NCBI RefSeq assembly: GCF_032062105.1
Contig: NW_026918422.1
Coordinates: 62,001-126,000 of the forward strand
DNA from: Saccostrea cucullata
Taxonomy: Eukaryota
Length of the DNA stretch: 64,000 nucleotides
Reading direction: 5' to 3'
A program made the translations under genes and the position numbers. Of this stretch, positions 11,801 to 24,300 are shown in pieces. The first letter of the stretch is position 1. Every line of letters begins with the position of its first letter. Below the pieces are notes generated by a model that saw only the letters and a list, made by a program, of their open reading frames with translations, searched no databases and was not told where the DNA came from.

Positions 11801-12491
11801 TAATATTGCAATATATCGCGATACTATTTTTCCGTCGCGATACCCAGCTCTATTCATTATATGAATAAATTTTTACTTTGCAGTATTTGATTTATTTCAT
11901 TATGTCTAATGTTAAAATGTTTCAGGGATTGGATACCGATCACTTGGTGATTGAACACATTATGGTGAATGCTGCACCCAAAATGAGGAGGAGGACATAC
12001 CGTGCTCATGGTCGAATCAATCGTAAGTACACCTTGTAGCATTTCATTTGTCCTGTTATGAGGTCAATCAATGACGTACCAATTAAACACAAAATATTGT
12101 TAAATTACCATGATAAAAATGATTGTACATCTGACTTTTCAACTGCTTGAGAGGGATTTCAATTAATTACTTAAGAATGTGGTACCTCTAAGATTACAAC
12201 CTACACCATTAATTTTCATGAAGGCTGCAAGATTTAAAATATTATTTTGGCTTGCAAAGTGACATTTTGTGTTGAAGTTGTAGATTGTTTCATTTAAAAG
12301 AATGTAAATATTTATAAACTACTCCCTGCTTTGTAATTGCAGCTTACATGAGCAGTCCCTGCCACATTGAGCTTATCCTGGCCGAGCGGGAGCAAGCTGT
12401 TCCACGACCAGGTGCCACTGATGATGAACCAGTGAAGAAGAAAGTTTCTCAAAAGAAACTTAAAAGACAGAAAATGATGATGAGGGATTAA
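5422..12491 (+). CDS. RPL17: 60S ribosomal protein L17 (uL22); coding exons 5422-5461, 5552-5592, 5774-5908, 6916-7014, 11926-12022, 12343-12491
   Basis: Spliced translation [37 protein letters not shown]...[10 protein letters not shown]...[13 protein letters not shown]...[22 protein letters not shown]...[12 protein letters not shown]; all introns GT-AG and in phase; AATAAA overlaps the stop. Confidence 0.98.
6182..6623. mobile_element. Non-autonomous TIR element, 7-bp TSD (P-element-like)
   Basis: TIR CAGACTTGTCG / CGACAAGTCTG; CCATAAA on both flanks. Confidence 0.75.
7246..8856 (+). mobile_element. Helentron-associated non-autonomous element (HINE) with ~8 internal ~167-bp satellite units
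   Basis: Starts TTTTAGCTCACCTGAG with a subterminal inverted repeat and a (CCGT)n microsatellite; AAATCTTCTTCTCAAGAAC recurs every ~160-170 bp from ~7503 to ~8652; ends CTCAGGTGAGC plus the hairpin GGCCCATGGGCC. Confidence 0.85.
8987..9062 (+). ncRNA. SNORD82: Box C/D snoRNA, SNORD82/U82-type (guide for the 18S Am1678-equivalent), copy 1
   Basis: C box ATGATGA 8999-9005; guide GGGACGTAAT 9014-9023, antisense to 18S GAUUACGUCCC; D' CTGA 9025; D CTGA 9048; terminal stem ATCAGCA/TGCTGAT. The D+5 rule points to the A of GAUU[A]CGUCCC. Confidence 0.85.
9587..10779. mobile_element. Non-autonomous DNA transposon with TTAA TSD (Kolobok-like)
   Basis: TTAA|ACACCCAATTTT ... AAAATTGGGTCT|TTAA; 12-bp TIR with one mismatch. 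Confidence 0.6.
11242..11322 (+). ncRNA. SNORD82: Box C/D snoRNA, SNORD82/U82-type, copy 2
   Basis: C box 11255-11261; same guide GGGACGTAAT plus D' CTGA 11284; D CTGA 11307; stem CATCAGCA/TGCTGATG. Boxes and guide are conserved with copy 1 while spacers and flanks diverge. Confidence 0.85.
11345..11852. mobile_element. Non-autonomous hAT element
   Basis: TAGTGCTG...CAGCTCTA termini; perfect 8-bp TSD TTCATTAT; CGATA-rich subterminal motifs. Confidence 0.8.
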
Positions 12492-13215
12492 ATAAATTAT
12501 TGTTCACTGGTGTTTTATCTTCTTTTTTATGATGTGAATTGCTCGGGAATTTGGAACAGTTAGAAAAAAGAATGTTGGACATAGGTTTTTTATGCAGTAC
12601 ATAAATATTGAAGTGTACGATAAAATATAGGGATAACATTCATTAAATATGTTTTAAACACAGAGAGCCAACACTGATCTCTGAAAATGCAAGCAAGATG
12701 AGGAGCCATGGGAATGCAAGGTCACTCCTATGCTCCTTGTCATTTGATAAAAAAATAATTTGTATAAAAGACCTCTACCTTGCACCTGGCAATGGATTAT
12801 ATTTGCAGTTGTATTGACCTTGGAATATGCTAACTGTTGACCTGTATTGTAACATCAACTTGTTCAACAATAGTCTGCGTCAACTTGGAAATTTTGTGAC
12901 ATAGAGCTTGCTTTTGTATATACCAGTTCAAACTAGGAGAAGTAAATAAAAAAGGTAATGGTACAAGGGAAGTTTGTTATTACATTTATATCAGTAGTTT
13001 ATAATGGCAATGCTTGTAGCAAAAGATCAAGATGTAAAGTAAATGTGCTTGCCTCCGAAGTATGTCTCATTCTGAGTTAAATTGGATGTATTGAATGATT
13101 TAAATATTGTTCATTGATAAAACATTATTTCTAGATGTCGAATTGAAGGTCATAGCAAGAGACGTTCTTATTTTAATGTTGAAGTATATGTTCTGCTTCT
13201 AATGATACAAAAATC

Positions 13216-14530
13216 CAGACCTGCCAAGTGACCCGCATTCGGTGGGTCACACCCGCAAAATTGACCTCTCACCCCCCACTCTTAATGACCCGCGGCGTGT
13301 CATAGTTTTCACCCGCAAAATCGATCATCCAAATTTTTTGACCCAATATTAATAAAGCATGTTTGTCCCCACAAGAAAGATCTGAAAATTCATCCTAAAA
13401 TTTCCGATTTGTGTTTTATAAATCAGGATATGAACATCTTGTTTATTCAATGCACACAGATTAGTATCTTTGTTTGCCGAGGTGTTAAAAAAACTGTTAA
13501 TTAGCCACAGGAAATCACTTCACGCTTGATCGCAGACTGACACAGCTGTACAGGTAAATAATATGCCTGGAGCATTTAGGGGATTTTACGCAACCGTTTG
13601 AAGGGGTATATGCATGATGAACCACATAGATTTAGAGGTTAATTAAATATTTTATTAAAAACAGAAATTAATTAATTAAATACAATGATATGATAAACAT
13701 TGGGATCGTTTTTTTAAAAACGAAAGTAAAAAAAACGAAACTACAAAGCATAACTGATGATAACAGCTGATTTTATTAGCTCTCGTATATTGAAATTATT
13801 GTTAAGTGTAGTGGTTAAAAGAAAATGATATTAATTAAGATAAAGCAAAAGAGTCTAAAGTGAAGTATATTGAATTTCTCCCCCCCCCCCTCCCAAAATG
13901 TACTAAGTATTGTACATTGTGTTTCTTTGTTAAATGGCTATGACAAGGGAATACCCACTTGTCAGTCACATCATGACTCTAACGATTTTAAGTTTTGTTT
14001 GGGGTGTTAGGTATTCTTCATAATTTATTTTGTAGTATTTGATTCATTTAATTTTTTTTTTTGTGTGGTATAAAATTAATAATAGGAAATTAGATGGCAC
14101 ATATTTCTTACCACCACCCCCTGCAGCAGCAATTTTTCAATATTAATCTTTCAATGTACAATTTTCTGATTGTGTAATATGTTGAAAATTAATCATTGTA
14201 GAATCTAATAAATGTTTCCCAGAAACTTTTTAAATTTTTAAACCTTTGCAAAAATTCCATTGAACTAAAATTATCTGAATCTTACTAATCCATCTGAAAG
14301 TGTTCTTATACAAGCAATTTTAAGTAACCTGTCCTAAGTAAAAATTAAGTCTGCAATAAAATATAACATATACATGCATGTGTTTGACTGTTTGCATTGA
14401 TGCCTAAAAATTAGGGAGCATTTTGTTACTCAAACTTCAAAAAAATGTCGCCGCGCGCTGTGACCCAACATTTCAATTCTGAATGTTGGGTCATGACCCC
14501 CCACAGCATCAATTTTGGTTGGCAGGTCTG
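13216..14530. mobile_element. Non-autonomous TIR element, 7-bp TSD (P-element-like)
   Basis: TIR CAGACCTGCCAA / TTGGCAGGTCTG; AAAAATC on both flanks; ACCCGC subterminal repeats. Confidence 0.8.
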
Positions 14531-15322
14531 AAAAATCAGATCTGTTAAGAAGGGATTGGAATGCCAGAAAACAAGGGAATATTCCAACTGATTGTTGGAA
14601 GACAGTATAGATGAAAAATACTTCAAATATTTTTGTTAAATAGCAGCTTTGGAGTACTTGTATGTGGAAGCAGAAAGTTTTGCAGAAGACCAAATCACAA
14701 AATATATTACTAGTACTTGCTTATGCACATTCACAAGGTGTATTCTGAAGGGTCGGCCAATATTACTGAATTTTAAATTTGTTTTTATATGGGACAAGGA
14801 TTTAATTTATTTCCCAGAAAAAAGTCAAACTTCCAAGTTCTTGAAGTCCGAAATTCGAGAAACAAAAGAAAATTCTTGTCAAAAGAAAATACAGATTTCA
14901 TTTATAAAAGACAATTCAATTGCTCTCCGATTTTTTCGGCATGTCCACGCAACATATAAAAAATCGGGAAGCTAATGGAAGATCTAATTTTAATTAGATT
15001 GTGATAAAAGACCTGATTTCGACCGTTCAAAAGACCCAATTTAATGTTAAAGTTTTTGAAAAGCTGGCCACAGTATCGCACGGTAAAATACATGTGTATG
15101 TCGAAATATGAATATGCCACTATCTGTTATATCAAAATTAGATTTCTCTATAGACAAACAGATGAACAAAGCAAAATCAATTTGCCACCTAATAATATAC
15201 AGATATGATAAATTAAAAAAATGAAAATTCTATCATTTCTTCATTTGCAATGACAACAAATCATGAAAAAAAACATGCAGAGATATGATAGAGTAGTTTG
15301 CTTAACACATATTTCTTAATAA

Positions 15323-17281
15323 CTAGATGTATCTTTCCTGAGGATACACAACAGTCGAATTATAGTCATGTACTCCAGGCGATTTAACTTCATGCACTGG
15401 GAATGATAACCTGGCCTGTGGGTCGGGCATATTACGAGGTGTGCTAGATATCCGACTGCCGTTTTCTCGTGACGAGGAACTGTAAAGAGATTCGGGACAT
15501 CGTGATTCCTCTGCAGAAGATGTCCTGGAGTACCGTCTATGATGTCCGCCCAGGTATACAGGGGTCAACCTTCTTCTATGCTGGCCTATTGAAGAACTCT
15601 CCCTGGAGGATGAGGATGAGACGTAGTTCCCGGCGCACTGTTCTGTAGGGATTTCGTCAGACTTATCGGGACTCCGTCTAGTCTCGGGGACAAATGAACT
15701 CTGCGTGCTACAGTACTGGGAATTGTGGGAGATTGGAGGAATGGGTCGTGAAACAGACGCCATGCCTCGTTTTCCTGGCGGTTTCTTCAGTACAGAGTCA
15801 TCTGACGCTGCGACAGGTCTGTTGTCTTCGCTTTGGGTTATTACTTTGATTTCTATACTGCTTATCTTCATCCCCATCTGTGACCCCAGTCTTGTTACAG
15901 CTTTTCCTGTGGACTGTAAGCCCGCCTCTTGGGATCTTTGGGTGTACCTGTTGTCGTCCTTTGGTGGGCTACATTTCAATTTTACTTTTTGGTTAAATTG
16001 TTTCCATTCTTTCCATTTGGTTATGTTCATGCGTAGACATATCTTTGAATTCGATAGAAGGAAAAAAGGTTAAATTTTGTGGTTATATCGAAATATCATG
16101 AAATGGTTTTTCAGAAACACTTTTGTGTTACTTACCCCTAACCACACGGAGAACAGAACTAGTAGGAGTATGCCTAGTGTTAGAAGACCCACAAATTCCG
16201 CTCTGTAGGGAGGGTATAAGGATGCGCCGTAAATACACAGGGACACCACTGTTAACGTGGTGGGCGACAAAAGACACAGACACACTATATCAAACACAAG
16301 GCGCCATCTGTCTCCCGCAGTACCAGGGTTGGATAAATACTGAAAAGTTAGAAACCATAAGCTCACATTAGATGTTCTTCGTCAAACCAGTTAATGTCTT
16401 ACTCTCTAATATCTAAATTAATTAGTGTCGATACTGAAAACATAAGATTATTAATGCATGACATGAATTTCTAACTTGACTTACCATATAAAATGGTTTG
16501 GGCCTCCTCTCCATGACGAAGTTGAAGTGACAGAGTTCACACTGGGTTTTGTCTGAGGACCCTAACCATCTCTGTAGACAGGACACGTGCATCAGACCGA
16601 TAGACCCCGCGCAGTAACACAGGGACATCAGCTGCTCCGTGTTAGAGGTCCCGTGACAAATCCGGCATACAGGTTCACTGACAGAGCTGGAACGAGAGTT
16701 TTCTACAAGTTAACTAACCGTTTTGTTAGCTTTTGATTTGAATTATCAAGTACTGTGTAACTAGGCCTACAGAGCTAGACATCAAACTAAATGCAATATT
16801 TTTAAGAAGAGAATATATTATATACAAGTGAAAATACCCTCCTTATTATATAGGTGAATTTCATTACAAAAAATCTTCTTCATCCATGTGACGTTAGGAA
16901 AATATGAATGGATCATACAACAAATAAGAAATTGTGCCATGCCACTCTGTTATATTTTAAACACTAAAAAGATTTTCCTTTCAATTTTTAAAGATACCTG
17001 TCAAGGCTGAAGATTTGTGTGCTTGTATCAGAGATCTGCTGTCGCGGGCTGTTGCCAACGTTTATTGGTAGAGCAGAATTTCTGGACAGTTTTGTCGCCA
17101 ACTGTGACTTAGATTCCATGTAGGGATCGAACTGACCGCGCTGACCTTGAACATGTAACAATGATTGCGGGTCTAATCTAGCCTCACTGTAGGACGGGGG
17201 CCTCTGTAGAGACGACTGAAAGGATGTGGTGCTAACACCACAGGAATTGTGTGTGATGTTAGATATCCCAGCGTCTTCCAT
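15323..17281 (-). CDS. Membrane-associated RING-CH E3 ubiquitin ligase (MARCH2/3-like); exons 17281-16998, 16686-16485, 16339-16136, 16042-15323
   Basis: RING-CH C4HC3: CRICHG...LCYCAGSIGLMHVSCLQRWL...CELC; two hydrophobic helices (LVFDIVCLCLLSPTT..., FVGLLTLGILLLVLFSVWLG); MARCH-typical WKEWKQFNQKVKL after TM2; long Ser-rich tail. Confidence 0.9.
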
Positions 17282-17734
17282 ATCAAGATAAAGTCTGCCA
17301 AATTTAACAATTCAGTCTTTTCCTCGACAAAAACATAGGAAAGCAAGTAAGTAAATTACCGATTTCTGTTATATTTATCGTCTGCAATCATACAGGATGT
17401 GAAAGAGCGAAAGAAAAAGAAAACTATACAAAGTAACTTTTTATTTTCCGAAAAAATAACAACAACAAAATTGTGACAACGTAAGGTAAAAGTGTTGATT
17501 TCCTCTTCTTTTAAATCCTTCATTTCTTTTAGTAAATTCCAAATTGTTGCCATTTATTCCTTCAAATAATTATGTTGATATTTACGGTTGTTAGAGGCAC
17601 ACATGGGCCTCTATATGCATAATTATGGGCCTATCTGTGTCTAGGTGTCATGAATTTAGTTTTCACTTGCTTTCTAGGGAGACATACTATATACTACATT
17701 TCATTTTACATGAATACATTAATGAAACATATAT

Positions 17735-18958
17735 GGAGATAACGAACAGTATTCAAGATCAAAAGTCCATAAAACAATACATAATAGGAGCAGAGCAAAC
17801 GCGGACCTTTAAAACATCAGGTGAGATCAGATGCCGTTGAGGAGTGAGCATTCGCTGCTGAACAGTCACACCCGCCGTGTACTCCTTGTCCTGATCGGAA
17901 AATAACGGAAAATTTCATCGTCAATTCAGTGAATAAATAATGGACTAACAATTAGTTTGAAAAACATCAGTCAGCATTTGACTCAAAATTAATTTGAAAT
18001 TAAGATAAATTGTATTTGCTGATAAGGTCAGATTGGGTCGACTATAGAACTTACGAAATGATGACTTTAAACGAGACTGCTGATAATCTTGTTTCATCAA
18101 CTTGTTTGTCAGTAATTTACCTTGTTTGAGAAATTGTTCATGCATAGAGCATGCTCTTGCGTATCAAATCAACCGAGATACATAAACTCCGTATGCAGGT
18201 GATGGAGGTATATATATATAGGTGCATAAGTAAGGAAGTTGACGATAGAAAAGTTAAAGTCATCACGTTTATCATAGAGCTTGGTTGTTTAGATTACCAT
18301 TAACGTCTTCTTCAAGTAAAACATCTAAATATAAAGATGTGTCAGAACCTGTGGTATCTTATATCTCAAGCTCCCCGGGATATATCGTATTGACATAGGA
18401 AAGGAAATTACCATTGCTAATTGAAAGTACGTCGTAGACATATCTAAATGTCGAGTTGAAGGCCACAATATGTGTTTTCTTCTTTTGACGCACATGATTT
18501 TGCACAAATCCTGCTTCATATGAATACAAAAATGGGTCTGCTAATAACGGGATGCAATTGGTATCCATGGGAATTCCAATAGATTGTTGGAAGACCTGGT
18601 CTCCAAAAAACCACATGCATAGATACGCAATCAGAAACTCAAGCATCTTTTTGATATCGACTTCAGAGTACTGTACAATCAGTCTTTTGTTAACAAAATA
18701 ATTTGGCAAATGACCAATGACAAGATAAGTAAATTTACGAGTTCCCAGTTGTCAATGATATAAAAAATTATAAAGCTGTTGATTTTGGTAAAATCTTGTG
18801 ATTTCAAATTGTGCAAAAGTTCTTTGGAATTTTTAAGTAGCCATATCTGATTTACACTTTTATCCTTCACTACTGTTAATATCATAGTGAGGAGTAACGA
18901 AAGAGGCTTAGTTGAACATCTACTGGAGCCCGTTATGTATCTTTGTTGGTAAGGATTC
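17735..18958 (-). mobile_element. Degenerate Penelope-like retroelement (probably Naiad/Chlamys type), RT C-terminal half plus 3' region
   Basis: Frameshifted RT motifs QQSIGIPMDTNCIPLLAD, FRYVYDVLSI, IYPGELEI, YGVYVS..YARACS, RLKSSFRKFY; no endonuclease after the RT; runs into the assembly gap. Confidence 0.75.
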
Positions 18959-19097
18959 NNNNNNNNNNNNNNNNNNNNNNNNNNNNNNNNNNNNNNNNNN
19001 NNNNNNNNNNNNNNNNNNNNNNNNNNNNNNNNNNNNNNNNNNNNNNNNNNNNNNNNNNNNNNNNNNNNNNNNNNNNNNNNNNNNNNNNNNNNNNNNN
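18959..19097. other. Assembly gap (run of N)
   Basis: Seen directly. Confidence 1.
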
Positions 19098-19123
19098 NTT
19101 CTTTGGGATATTAAATGATATTC

Positions 19124-19376
19124 AGAACCTAACCCGCTTTTTCCTCCAATCAGCAGCTGCTAAATTTTCTATTAAGTTGATCACTTAATTGTTAAGATTT
19201 TCTGTCTATGCAGTAACTCTGCGGGCTGACTAATTAGCCAATGAAAAAGCGCGATTAGGTTCTAAGTTAGTTAGATCATATTAAGTAAAATTTTAGTGGT
19301 TAAGAAGGGGGCTCGGTCGCTTCGCTCCCTCCGCCCCTTCTTAACCACTAATATTTTACTTAATATGATCTAACTG
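19124..19376. repeat. Two adjacent palindromic segments, probably a non-autonomous element
   Basis: AGAACCTAA.CCGCTTTTTC ... GAAAAAGCGCGATTAGGTTCT, then a ~42-bp-arm hairpin GTTAGATCATATTAAGTAAAAT...ATTTTACTTAATATGATCTAAC. Confidence 0.7.
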
Positions 19377-20255
19377 TTACTAAAAACTGACATGATTTTG
19401 AAGAGTTTCCTACTAAGAAAGGGAACTATGAGTATAAATTGGATTAGAGCTTGTAGAATTAAATCCAAGTTCTTCTAAAAAAACAATTTATATAATGAGC
19501 CTTACAAAGACAATGTTAATGTATACAAATTTAATATATTTAACGATTATAAATGTCTTATCCAACTTCCAGCGATTTTCACCTGGCGTGTTTTGAGTTG
19601 TTTTAAAGTAATTATTTATATAAATACATGTACATGCCAATTTTATAAGAAATGCCAGTGTTTGTGACTGTGACAACTATGACATTCTTTGATTTTTTTA
19701 AATACATGTACTTTCCTGCCCCAGTAAACTTTCCTTGTTGAAATGACCAAAGAATCATTTATAATACGTACTGTGTAATGCTTGAAGATTATATACATCC
19801 AAGGCTTCACTCAGCATCATAACCTTCCTCTTTTTCAGTTATTAGTTACGTAGTCTAGACAAAGATTGCACACACCAGAAGTAGGTAGAAAAAAACCTCT
19901 AACGGTACTCATAGCAAATAATTAAACCTTAGTACATATATTGACAATGCTTATCGGTAATGCATACCATCTTTAAGTTTTGAATTTCACTTGTTTGTCC
20001 AGGATTACAGGAAGAAAGGTCCATATATAACCAACATATATCAAGGTTTGGTTCGAATGTTTAAGTGAATAAGCTTTAAGTTTAAATGGACTCATTGCCA
20101 GACGGAGAGAGGAGGAACAGGAAATTAATGGTCACCTGACTGAGACAGATCACCAGGCCACAAAGTTAGACCCGGGTAAGTATTTTATTCACTCAAATAT
20201 TCAATATCTATCATAAATATTAATTGATTTAAACATAATAGCATCAAGGCAAAGA

Positions 20256-20605
20256 GCCGTTCACAGTAGACTAGTTCAGTCGGTATAGCACTCGCTTTGT
20301 GATCGGGAGGTCGTGCGTTCGAATCTCGGCCGCCGCTGACTTAAGTCGAAAAGAAATGGGTAGCAACTATTCCTTCGCCATGCCCTCGACATTTGAAGTA
20401 AAAGTTGTTGATTATTTGGACGAGACAAAAACCGAGTCTCCGTTTCACAACAGGCGTTGTCAGGATAACGATCCTTCACTGCTCCATGGTCCTAAGTGCT
20501 GAATAAAGGTCAAAATTTGCAGTCCTTCACCAGTATAATGGTTACGTCTCTAATATGAATGAAAAATTCTGGAATGGGAGGTAAAACAACCAACATACAA
20601 TCAAG
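20256..20605 (+). mobile_element. tRNA-derived SINE with a V-like central domain
   Basis: A box TAGTTCAGTCGG, B box GTTCGAATC, central GGACGAGAC..AAACCGAG motif, and tail GAAAAATTCT..GGGA.GTAAAACAACC shared with the copy at 45655-45950. Confidence 0.7.
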
Positions 20606-21148
20606 GCTGAGAATGTTAAGGAACATGCATTTCAAATTCTGTTTCCAAACATCAACAGTTGAGTCAACAGCTAAGTAATAATTAAAAATGTTCACAAACA
20701 TGTACATTTCTTTGAATTCACAAAGTAGTAATTAAATAATTATATAGATTTATCCATTTTAACAATTTCAGAAAAATCGAATAAAAGCGCAAGTGTAAAA
20801 ACAAATAATTAAAGCAATATGAGCTGCATTTTTGAAAATTTTATTTTTCTGTTAAAATGTGTTATTAAGATAAATTTGTATGTAACTTGAACCTATATGA
20901 TCAATTAGACTAAAATAACGCAGAAGAAAGACTTTTATATACAATCCATTATGCAGTTTTATATAAGAAATCATTATTGTTAAGGACGACAATAATGTTA
21001 TTTGGATTCAATCGAAGCTTATAAATAGTTCTTTCATAGCAACTATGAACAACAGAAGTTTATAAATGTTTTTTTTCTTTCATTGAAATAGTAATCTGCA
21101 ATTTTGCAATAAAAAATTCCGACATCAAATTTGCAGCTCACATTGTTT

Positions 21149-21392
21149 ACACCACTAGTTATTGTATACGTTGACACCACTACTTATTCTATTAGGTGGA
21201 CACCACCAGTCATTTAATGGTCAGCGCCAGTTATTGTATAAGGTGAACACCAACCATCACTTTATTACGTGAACACCACCAGTCATTGTATTGAGTGAAC
21301 ACCACCAGCCATTTTATTAGACGGACACCGGTCAATGTATTGAATGTATTAAGTGGATACCACCAGTCACTTTTTAGGGGGATACCACCAGA
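21149..21392. repeat. ~26-bp degenerate minisatellite (~9 units) spanning the channel gene's stop codon and 3' UTR
   Basis: ACACCACCAGTCATTGTATTAGGTG-like units. Confidence 0.7.
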
Positions 21393-24300
21393 CATTCCTC
21401 GGTTACTTTCTTAAACAATGTCTTCGTCTTTGAAGTCTTTATAATTTCGCCTCTTTTCATGACGTCAAGACGCTTCCTCTGAAACAGAACAATACATGAC
21501 GAATTATATGGAAAACAGAAGTTGGTGCTGGTGGTGATTCAAATTTCAGTGGAGAAAAAATAATTCTTTGCTGGATTATACCGTGATAAATTTTTCAATT
21601 GAATAAAGAACCCGAATATTATCTCGAATTCACATGACTCTAAAAGTATACTAAATTGAATTTACAACATACATTGTACTGCTTAAGGTTATTGTTTACA
21701 TCATATCGCCTGGTTGAACCCTGAAAGAGAAAAAAAGTTATCCAATCAATTTGTCTGTGATGAATCGTCATGACAATTCAGAGAAACAAACTTAAGCCTT
21801 ATCGTAAAAAAAGTATTAATATTTTGCTGCTTCAAACTTTTTTTTCAGTTCATTTAAGAAATAAAGATTATGCAAGTGATATAATAAATACATCATTTAT
21901 TTGATTTTTTCTTATTGGTCAGTTAACTTACACTGAGAAGGACAATGATCATGAACATGAACTGGATGAAGGCGTACAGGCCACAGAAGGCATAGAAGGC
22001 GTACTGATCAGCCTCACTGAGTGTGTCGTCGTCCGAGATCAGGGCCTCCGATATAGCGTGCCACATCGCCACCAGGTACAGGAATATCGTACTGCCGATA
22101 ATGTATCGATCCTAGAAACATTAAATAAATATAGGTCAAAGGAGAACCATACTGCCGATGATGTACCGATCCTACAAATTATAGATAAATATGTGACAGA
22201 AACAGGAAAATCGTACTGCCGACGATGTACCGATCCTAGAAACATTAAATAAATATATGTCACAGGACAATTGTACTGCAAATAATGTAGCGATCCTAGA
22301 AATTATATGTATTGGCTTAAATGTACTTCAATGATTATCTTCCATGGGAGTATTTCAGGGGTAAAAGGCTTGAGGTAAAGTCCATATGAGAATATCCGAT
22401 GGGATTTTCCTTCGAAGTATCATGAAGATCCTACTGGTTTCTGACTTGAAGCCCATATGTCAATATTCTTAAAAACTTCGAATAGAAATAGTTTGAAGGA
22501 TACAAGATTTAAGATAATCAACAAACAATTAGACTGGGTTCATTTGCAGTATGTAATATTCCATTTTACACTGATACACCCGGTACGACGTCATCTCGTA
22601 CAACTGCAATTCACTTGAAAACCCACGACAATTGGTAGAACTCATGGTAAAAGTTCAAATTTATAATTATATAAGTCATGAGATTAACTTACAACAATGC
22701 ACTAAAATACCAAAAATCTAGACCGTAATTTAAAGACAAGATAAAAGACCATACACAAGTTTCTTTACCATAGATAAAGGTTTTAAAATACATTGTTTAA
22801 ATTTTAAGATGCATACACCGGTTACAGCACTTACCAGATGAGTGGTGTAGGATATTTTTGGGATAACTTGGTTGGTTACGAATTTAAAGGTGACTGTGAT
22901 GAGGACAAGCATAATGGATAGCTGTAGACGATTCTCGATCTTACTCCTAGCCACAGCAAACGTGGACAGAGCCAGGGAACTGATGATAGACTGAAATAGA
23001 TAAATAAATATTATCTCCTTTACCACTCCAAGCTGCAGCTAACGTCACCAGAGTCAGAGGATTGTACCCCTCCTACCATGAGCACAATTACGTTCCACAC
23101 GAAGAATCCGGGCTTCCTTCCGGCACTGCAGAAAACGTACATTCCCGGCTTTTTATACTTGTTGTTGGCATATTCCTGAGTCAATGCCTTTGGAGTAAAA
23201 TGAACAAACTCATATATGTTCCATTCTTGTATTTTTGCAAATGTCTCAGCGTGAACGCTAGATATTTCACGATCGTCTTCTAAAAACTTGACCTCCTCTT
23301 CCGAGAGTTCCGTGGTTATAAAGATGTTAAGATCCTGTCGGATTAAGAAAAAATCACAAATAAAGCAAAGGTTTGAAAATCTTGCATCAAAGCAATAAAA
23401 CTTATTCGTAACATCTTGTGGGATACCTGTCTGCAGATCCTTACCTGTATGTCGAATGGAAAAAGGACCAATTCCATACTTTCAGTAAAGGTTGCCACCA
23501 GACGATTTTTCTCCACGATGTGAGTATCTCCCGATTCATCTGTCTGTAAAACGTACCATTTGGCATGGTCTTTTTGAGCAATGGCGTTTAGAATAAATAT
23601 TTTTGGATTCCAGTATGCAGACCAGTCAATCTCGCCACTTCCCTTGAGAAAGAAATTAGTGTTTTTTGGTATTTTAGAAGTGGTTGGAAAAGAACAAAGA
23701 ATTTAATATTTTTCAGTCAATTGCTTAGACCAAGACGAATTATATCAGTTGCATGACGATACCAATCCGCATATAAAGCTTTTCAATAGGATGAAGCAAT
23801 ACTAGTCATAGGAATGCAAGGACTTTGAAATTAAAATAAAAGTCACCTATAGAATAATCTGCCGGTTTGTGCAGTTAAACAATAATTAAGCATCTTCCCT
23901 TTTATGTTTCACAGATATAATCTACTAAGAAGTACTAGTAAGTAAGAAGAAGTAGTTACTATACCTTGTGTCCGTCAAGTTTAGGCTCTCTCCACCTTGC
24001 CTGGTAAAACACATCCGCTGTAAATGTTTCCTTCAGCGTGTCAATTTCCAGGATTTTCAGAATGGAAACTTTGAGATAAATATTTCTAGTATCTGCATTT
24101 ACAGCTTCCTGGACATAGATCTAAATTTTTTCGAAAAGGTAAGATAATTATTGTGCATTATTACCAAATTATTATAATAAGTCTCAAACAAAAACAAACT
24201 TCATGTACTCAAACTTTAATATATGCTTGATTTGTTTAAATTTTTTTTTTAATTACAAAATTTATTTAGCTTATTCACAAATTTCTTAATGGAAGAAAAC

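Noticed and set aside
12060-12140. Possible U58-like snoRNA in the last RPL17 intron
   Set aside because: A short stem and CTGA are present, but the C box is degenerate (ATGACGT) and the U58 guide is absent.
15705-16073. 122-aa plus-strand hydrophobic ORF
   Set aside because: Antisense to the last exon of the MARCH gene.
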